Shown: in pieces, positions 59,263 through 64,000 of the stretch | How the letters are laid out: the number at the start of each line of letters is the position of its first letter | How positions within the stretch are numbered: position 1 is the first letter of the stretch | Assembly (NCBI GenBank): GCA_965208105.1 | Contig: OZ242318.1 | Coordinates: 608,001-672,000, forward strand | Reading direction: 5' to 3' | DNA from: Candidatus Latescibacterota bacterium | GTDB taxonomy: Bacteria; Latescibacterota; UBA2968; UBA8231 | Length of the DNA: 64,000 nucleotides | Notes under the pieces: model-generated | Told to the model about the DNA's origin: nothing | The model's input: the letters and a program-made list of their open reading frames with translations, nothing else | Databases searched by the model: none | Made by a program: the position numbers and the translations under genes

Positions 59263-60060
59263 TCACCTGCCCTGGTAGAGGTCGCGCGGCTGGCGGCTGT
59301 CCGATGCCACCTCGATGTAAAACTCGCGCTGGCTGGGTGTCATTTTCTCCAGAGCTTCCCTGCTGGGGAAGAACCTGTGGAACTTCATGCCGGCGTGGTG
59401 GTACTTGTAGAACAAGGTGACTCGGTCGCTGTCGCCGCGCCAGGGGGTGGCCCCGTGGCACAGGGCCTCGGTGAAGATGATGGCCGAGCCGGCCCTGCAC
59501 GGCACGCAGCGCACCAGGGAAGGGTCGACACCGTTGCCGAATTGCCTCATGTCCTCGGGGATTGGAAAGTTGGCCTTGTGGCTGCCGGGCACGCAGGCAA
59601 AGCCGCCTTCCTCCTCGCCGGTGTCGGCCAGGTCGAAGGCGACCACGGTATGGCCGCTGAAGATGCGGCCGTTGAAGTGGCGGTACATCAGGGTGATGTC
59701 CTGGCCGTTGCTGTCGAACGAGCCGCCGCCGTGCAGCTCGAGGCCGCCGAAGCCCCTGCTGCGAATGAGGCCGTAGGCGATCTCCAGGCGCAGCTCGTGG
59801 TGGATGATCTCCTTCAGGATGTCGATGACCGGAGGCAGATCGATCAGTTCGCAGAACGCCGCATCGGCGCTGGTCAGGTCGCCCAGGGACCGCAGACAGT
59901 CATCCTCCTTGTGTTGGACGCCCTCGGGCAACTCCCCGTTGGGCACCGCCATCAGGCGCCTGGCGGTGTCGATCAGGCGGTCGCAGTGGGCTCGGGTGAG
60001 CACGTCCTCGAGGACCAAGTAGCCGTTGACGTCGAAAAGGTATTTCTGGCGGGCGTCCAT
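59263..60060 (-). CDS. PhyH-like Fe(II)/2-oxoglutarate enzyme (HxG variant)
   Basis: YLFDVNGYLV, LHGG, GGFACVPGSHK, FTEALCHG. Confidence 0.88.
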   Translation of the reverse strand: MDARQKYLFDVNGYLVLEDVLTRAHCDRLIDTARRLMAVPNGELPEGVQHKEDDCLRSLGDLTSADAAFCELIDLPPVIDILKEIIHHELRLEIAYGLIRSRGFGGLELHGGGSFDSNGQDITLMYRHFNGRIFSGHTVVAFDLADTGEEEGGFACVPGSHKANFPIPEDMRQFGNGVDPSLVRCVPCRAGSAIIFTEALCHGATPWRGDSDRVTLFYKYHHAGMKFHRFFPSREALEKMTPSQREFYIEVASDSRQPRDLYQGR

Positions 60061-60134
60061 TGGAATCTCCTGGGGATGGCGGCACCTGGTGCCGCGGATT
60101 CTTGAGGGTTTAACGGCTGGGCGGCGGGTCCGGA

Positions 60135-61141
60135 CTATTGCCCCTGATCCACCTCTATTCTTTCCCGGCGCCGCGCCGATTCGAGCAGCGCGTCGCACAC
60201 CCTCATGGTGTCCAGCGCCTGGCGCGGCCAGCTCTCCTGCAGCTCTCCGCTGCGCGCGATTTCCGAGAATCTTTCGACCATGAGCACGGTCTGCGCGGGG
60301 CCTCTCACCCGGCGCTCGAGATTGTCCCCGCCCTTTCCGTGAATCCAGTACCTCGACCTTTCCGGGTCAGCCGGAACCACGAAATCGTCGCAGACCAGGG
60401 ACCGTCGGGTCCCAGCCACCTCGAACCACCTGCGCGACGCCGTATCGAAGCCGCAGTCGAACGAGGCCATGCGCTCCCCCTCGAACCAGAGCAGACCTGC
60501 GAGATTGAAGTCCACTCCCCTGTTAAAACGCGCCGCGGCGTAGACACTGACGGGCAATTCATCGAAAGCCCACAAAATGGCGCGGACGCAGTAGTATCCC
60601 AGGTCTCCCAGGGCGCCGCCGCCGAGCTCCTTGCTGACGCGGATATTGTCCTCCGGGATCTCGTCCCAGTTGAAGGAGAAGGCCGCGGTAACCCGCCGCA
60701 GCGGTCCCAGGGTCCCGGATTTCATGTCCCCTTCATCATCGCCGTGCGCCGGTGGTGGACCCACATGACTCCGTCCATCAGCTGCACCTGGTTCGCCCGG
60801 CAGGCGGAGACCATGGCCCGCGCTTCGGCCGCGTTTGCGGCGAGGGGTTTTTCACACAGCACGTGCTTCCCCCTCTCGGCGGCCTTGATGGTCCACTCCA
60901 TGTGCAGGGAGGGCGGCAAGGGGATGTATACCGCCTCGATGTCATCCTGCTCCAGCAGGGCCTCGTAGCCTGCGTAGGTCCTCTGCAAGCCGCGGGCGGC
61001 TCCCCAGCTGCGGGCGCGCTCCCCGTCGCGGCTGGCCACCGCCACCAGTTCGGCGCCCTGCGCCGCGTCCATGGCCTGCCCCACGCCGGCGGCGATGTTG
61101 GCCGTCCCCAAAATTCCCCAGGGGACCTCTTTGCGCTCCAT
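60135..61141 (-). pseudogene. Gfo/Idh/MocA oxidoreductase split by a single-base frameshift
   Basis: N-half 60722..61141 (WGILGTANIA, HVLCEKP) and C-half (GGGALGDLGYYC) join if one G is added to the G4 run at 60728..60731. Confidence 0.85.
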
Positions 61142-61270
61142 CCTGGCAGAACTCCTTTCAAGGTGTTGGCAGGGGCGTGGCGCCTGAAACTCGCGGAGGT
61201 GAGGGCCGGATGCCCGGCTGGCAGAAGCGCTTGTCGAAGCCCGGGGGCGGACCCTGTTCCCGCCTTCGGG

Positions 61271-62335
61271 TCATCTGCCCAGGTGGGCCTTCACTATATC
61301 GATGACGAGGGCGATGTCGTTGCGCGCATCTTCCACCGGGGTGCGGCAGACGGCTCCCTCGGTGACGCAGGAGTGAAAGTGGCGCAGCTCGCAGAGGAAG
61401 GCGTTGTCCCATTCCACCGCTGGTTCCTTGCAGAAGGTCCTGCCCTCCTCGTCCACACCCTGTATGGAGACTCTGGAAGGGATTCCACGGGCGAAACCGC
61501 TGGGATAGTTGACGATCACCCGCCGGTCATCGGCGTAGACCTCGAGGGACTCGGTGAAGTTCCACAGCCCGGGCAGGGACACCCAGGAGGCGGCGCAGCG
61601 CGCTCCGCTCTCGTAGGCCAGGACGGTGTTGATGCCGCGGCCTTCATTCCAGATCTCGGTGCTGACCACTCTTCGTGGCTGCCCCATCATCAGGCGCAGC
61701 CCGTAGATGTCGTGGATCATGCTGCCGGCGATGGTGCGGAAGGCCGAAGCCACATGCGGAGGAACGCCGCTGCCCAGCGCCTCCCTGGCAATATCCGGCA
61801 CCGTAACCTCCGGGACCGCCGGCAGGTCGTCGAAGCGCTTGAGCCGCAGGTGGCGAAGGTGGAACTCGTTGCCCGTGTGCAGATGGTTGATCTGCACGAA
61901 GCGGATGGAGCTCATGCCCCCCACCTCGCGATGGGCGATCTCATAGGCCGGATCGTAGACCTTCATGTAGGCCGCCATCCCCACCCTGCCCGAGGACCGG
62001 GCGGCGGCGATGACAGCGTCGATGTCGGGCAGGGAGAAGCACAGGGGCTTCTCGATGAGAACGTGCTTGCCCGCTTCGAATGCGGCGAGGGCCACCTCGG
62101 TCTTGGGATCGGAGTGGCACAGCAGCACCGCGTCCAGGTCCGCGCCCAGAAGCTCGCGGAAATCGTCGGTGTGGAAGGCAACCCCGTAGTCTGCCGCGAT
62201 GGTGCGGGCAAGGGTCGGCGAGATGTCGCAGAGCCCGGCTACCTCGAACTCCTGGTCCAGCATCATCAGGTTGGGCAGGTGGTGGACCTGGGCGATCGCC
62301 CCGCAGCCCACCAACCCTATGCGAATGCGTTTCAT
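61271..62335 (-). CDS. Gfo/Idh/MocA family oxidoreductase
   Basis: VGCGAIA, HVLIEKP, IHD. Confidence 0.92.
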   Translation of the reverse strand: MKRIRIGLVGCGAIAQVHHLPNLMMLDQEFEVAGLCDISPTLARTIAADYGVAFHTDDFRELLGADLDAVLLCHSDPKTEVALAAFEAGKHVLIEKPLCFSLPDIDAVIAAARSSGRVGMAAYMKVYDPAYEIAHREVGGMSSIRFVQINHLHTGNEFHLRHLRLKRFDDLPAVPEVTVPDIAREALGSGVPPHVASAFRTIAGSMIHDIYGLRLMMGQPRRVVSTEIWNEGRGINTVLAYESGARCAASWVSLPGLWNFTESLEVYADDRRVIVNYPSGFARGIPSRVSIQGVDEEGRTFCKEPAVEWDNAFLCELRHFHSCVTEGAVCRTPVEDARNDIALVIDIVKAHLGR

Positions 62336-62480
62336 GAATCTCCCTTCATCGACTTCAGTCCCCGGTCCGGATCGGCAGAGACGGCGGCGCGGCGCCTGGA
62401 TGGAATATGGGGTCCCCGCTCCAAGGCCGGGGCGGCGGGAAACCTGGGCCCGGGTTCAGGCGCGACTGTACCCGCCTGTA

Positions 62481-62647
62481 CTAGTGCCTGCTTGCGCAAT
62501 TCCGCGTGAATTCGGCCGCCGCTGCATCCCGGCTCGCGGCGTTGCCCTCCCTCGCCGTACACTCCAGGTACGACTCGCTCAGGCGCCTGGCGAGCCGGGC
62601 GCTTCTGCGCCCTCGTTCGTACGCTTAATTACGCAAGCAGGCACTAG
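62481..62647. mobile_element. MITE copy D, 167 bp, type 2 ends with the shared core
   Basis: TIR CTAGTGCCTGCTTGCG(C/T)AATT; internal 62528..62599 nearly identical to the core of copies A-C. Confidence 0.88.
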
Positions 62648-63282
62648 CCCGTATCCGTGGTTCCTCCGGCCCGGGGCGCCATGTTGTTCCATACCTCCCC
62701 CAACTCATAAACCGTGGTGAATGCCTTGCACAGGTTCTCCCACACCGCAAGGCGCGCCTTCCCGGCATCCTCCAAAGGGCCGTCGGCCCCCTTGAGCGCG
62801 GCAGCCTCCCCGGCACTTGCACGCAGGGCGCTGGCGGCGGCCTCGGCGGTCTCTATGTAGCTGTCCACCATGGCGGCCAGGGGAGTCTCCACGTCCGTCT
62901 GCCTGTCGAACTGGTTGAGTCCGCCGATGCGGACCGGATGGCGGCCCCCGTCCGCTGTCCTTCCGGTGTGGGTCGGCACGATGTGCGGAGTCACCGACAG
63001 GTACATGATTACCGGTTCGTCCCCGACGACGCGGACCCGGTGGGGCTGGTCGGACAGAGCGACACACATCTGTCCCGGCCCGAGCTCCGCCTCCTCGCCG
63101 TCGATCTCGAAGAGGCAGCGGCCCTGGAGGATCAGGAAGATCTCGTGACCCAGGTCGTGGCTGTGAAGCTCGGCGCCGTCGGGCCCCGGTTCCAGGCGGA
63201 AGAGGCGGGAGCGGATCTGAGGTGTGACCAGGACATTGCGCTGGTCCTCCTTCCGGCGAAAATCGTAGACGTCAAGGGCCAT
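62644..63282 (-). CDS. Cupin domain protein
   Basis: HSHDLGHEIFLILQG, GPGQ..PH. Confidence 0.85.
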   Translation of the reverse strand: MALDVYDFRRKEDQRNVLVTPQIRSRLFRLEPGPDGAELHSHDLGHEIFLILQGRCLFEIDGEEAELGPGQMCVALSDQPHRVRVVGDEPVIMYLSVTPHIVPTHTGRTADGGRHPVRIGGLNQFDRQTDVETPLAAMVDSYIETAEAAASALRASAGEAAALKGADGPLEDAGKARLAVWENLCKAFTTVYELGEVWNNMAPRAGGTTDTG

Positions 63283-63294
63283 GGTTCTCTCCTT

Positions 63295-64000
63295 TCAGGC
63301 CAGCTGGTCTTTGACAATTTCCTTGACCGTATTGAAAGACGCCGGCTCCACCAGGTCCCTGGTCCGGGGCGACAGGCGCTCCAGGATCTCGGGCGGGAAA
63401 TTCAGGGTGCCGGTGTTCTGGGTCTTGAAGCGCAGCACCAGGGCGCGGCGCACCCGGTCCTCGGGTTGCCAGGGCATGGTGCCGTGGGTGAGCAACTCGG
63501 ATATGATCACCACGTCCCCGGCGCGGGGGGTGACGTTGACCACGCCGTCGGGGACCTCGGTGGTCACCAGTCCATCGTAATACAACTGCTCGGGACGTTC
63601 GAACTCGGCCTTGTGCGAGCCCGGCACTACAACCAGGCCGCCGTCGCCCGGGTTGACATCGTCCAGGTAGGGAAATACCACCAGGTCGTCGCAGAAAATG
63701 CGGCCGTCTCTGACGCCGTAGCGGGTGCTGGGCCAGCCATAGCCTTCGCGGGCGCAGTGGAGACGGCTGTTCGAGTCGCGGCGCCGGTCGACGATCAATG
63801 TGCCGTTGCCGAGCCGCGGCCGGTCATAGGTGAGCTCGCGGATGATCGGCCAGAAGGAGGGGTGCATGGCCAGGGCCTCGAGGGCCTTGTCGAAGGCGAA
63901 GCCGTGGGTGTGCCTCCACCCATCGATCTCGAAGCCGGGAGGAAGTTGGTCGGGGGGCGTGTTCATGTAGCGGTCCGCCGCCTCCCGGGCTTTCCGCAGC
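63295..64000 (-). CDS. PhyH-like Fe(II)/2-oxoglutarate enzyme (HxA variant), start outside window
   Basis: LHCA, GGLVVVPGSHK, AGDVVIISELLTHG, RRAL; frame stays open to the window edge. Confidence 0.85.
   Translation of the reverse strand, partial: LRKAREAADRYMNTPPDQLPPGFEIDGWRHTHGFAFDKALEALAMHPSFWPIIRELTYDRPRLGNGTLIVDRRRDSNSRLHCAREGYGWPSTRYGVRDGRIFCDDLVVFPYLDDVNPGDGGLVVVPGSHKAEFERPEQLYYDGLVTTEVPDGVVNVTPRAGDVVIISELLTHGTMPWQPEDRVRRALVLRFKTQNTGTLNFPPEILERLSPRTRDLVEPASFNTVKEIVKDQLA

Noticed and set aside
5261-62647. Interpreting the repeats as a CRISPR array or integron attC sites
   Set aside because: Copies are dispersed, have TIRs and no spacers; no cas or integrase gene and no RYYYAAC/GTTRRRY ends

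Overview
High-GC bacterial window with about 58 housekeeping and catabolic genes. No rRNA, tRNA, CRISPR array or intact transposase was recognised. Housekeeping genes include a CCA-adding enzyme, lpdA, rnhA, speD, folD, a divergent serS, mnmA, nth, a 10-gene Mrp Na+/H+ antiporter operon, sodN and a sigma54 two-component system. Catabolic paralogs include 4 PhyH-like Fe/2OG enzymes, 4 Gfo/Idh/MocA oxidoreductases, a sulfatase, GH95/GH127-like proteins and hydantoinase A/B. This profile suggests a marine or sponge-associated FCB-type candidate lineage (inference only). The most striking non-genic signal is a set of 7 non-autonomous hairpin elements, about 168 bp when complete. They carry three different terminal-repeat types; five keep the full internal core (stem-GGCGTTGC-inner hairpin-CGCCT-stem), one keeps half, and one has lost it. 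Every one has an end on a stop codon, and one appears to supply the ribosome-binding site of the downstream gene. Other highlights: three of four PhyH-like proteins have HxG/HxA in place of HxD (halogenase-type signature), a small HTH gene has tandem palindromic operators ahead of speD, and several gene remnants and one frameshift are present. All calls come from motif recognition by eye; no searches were run.
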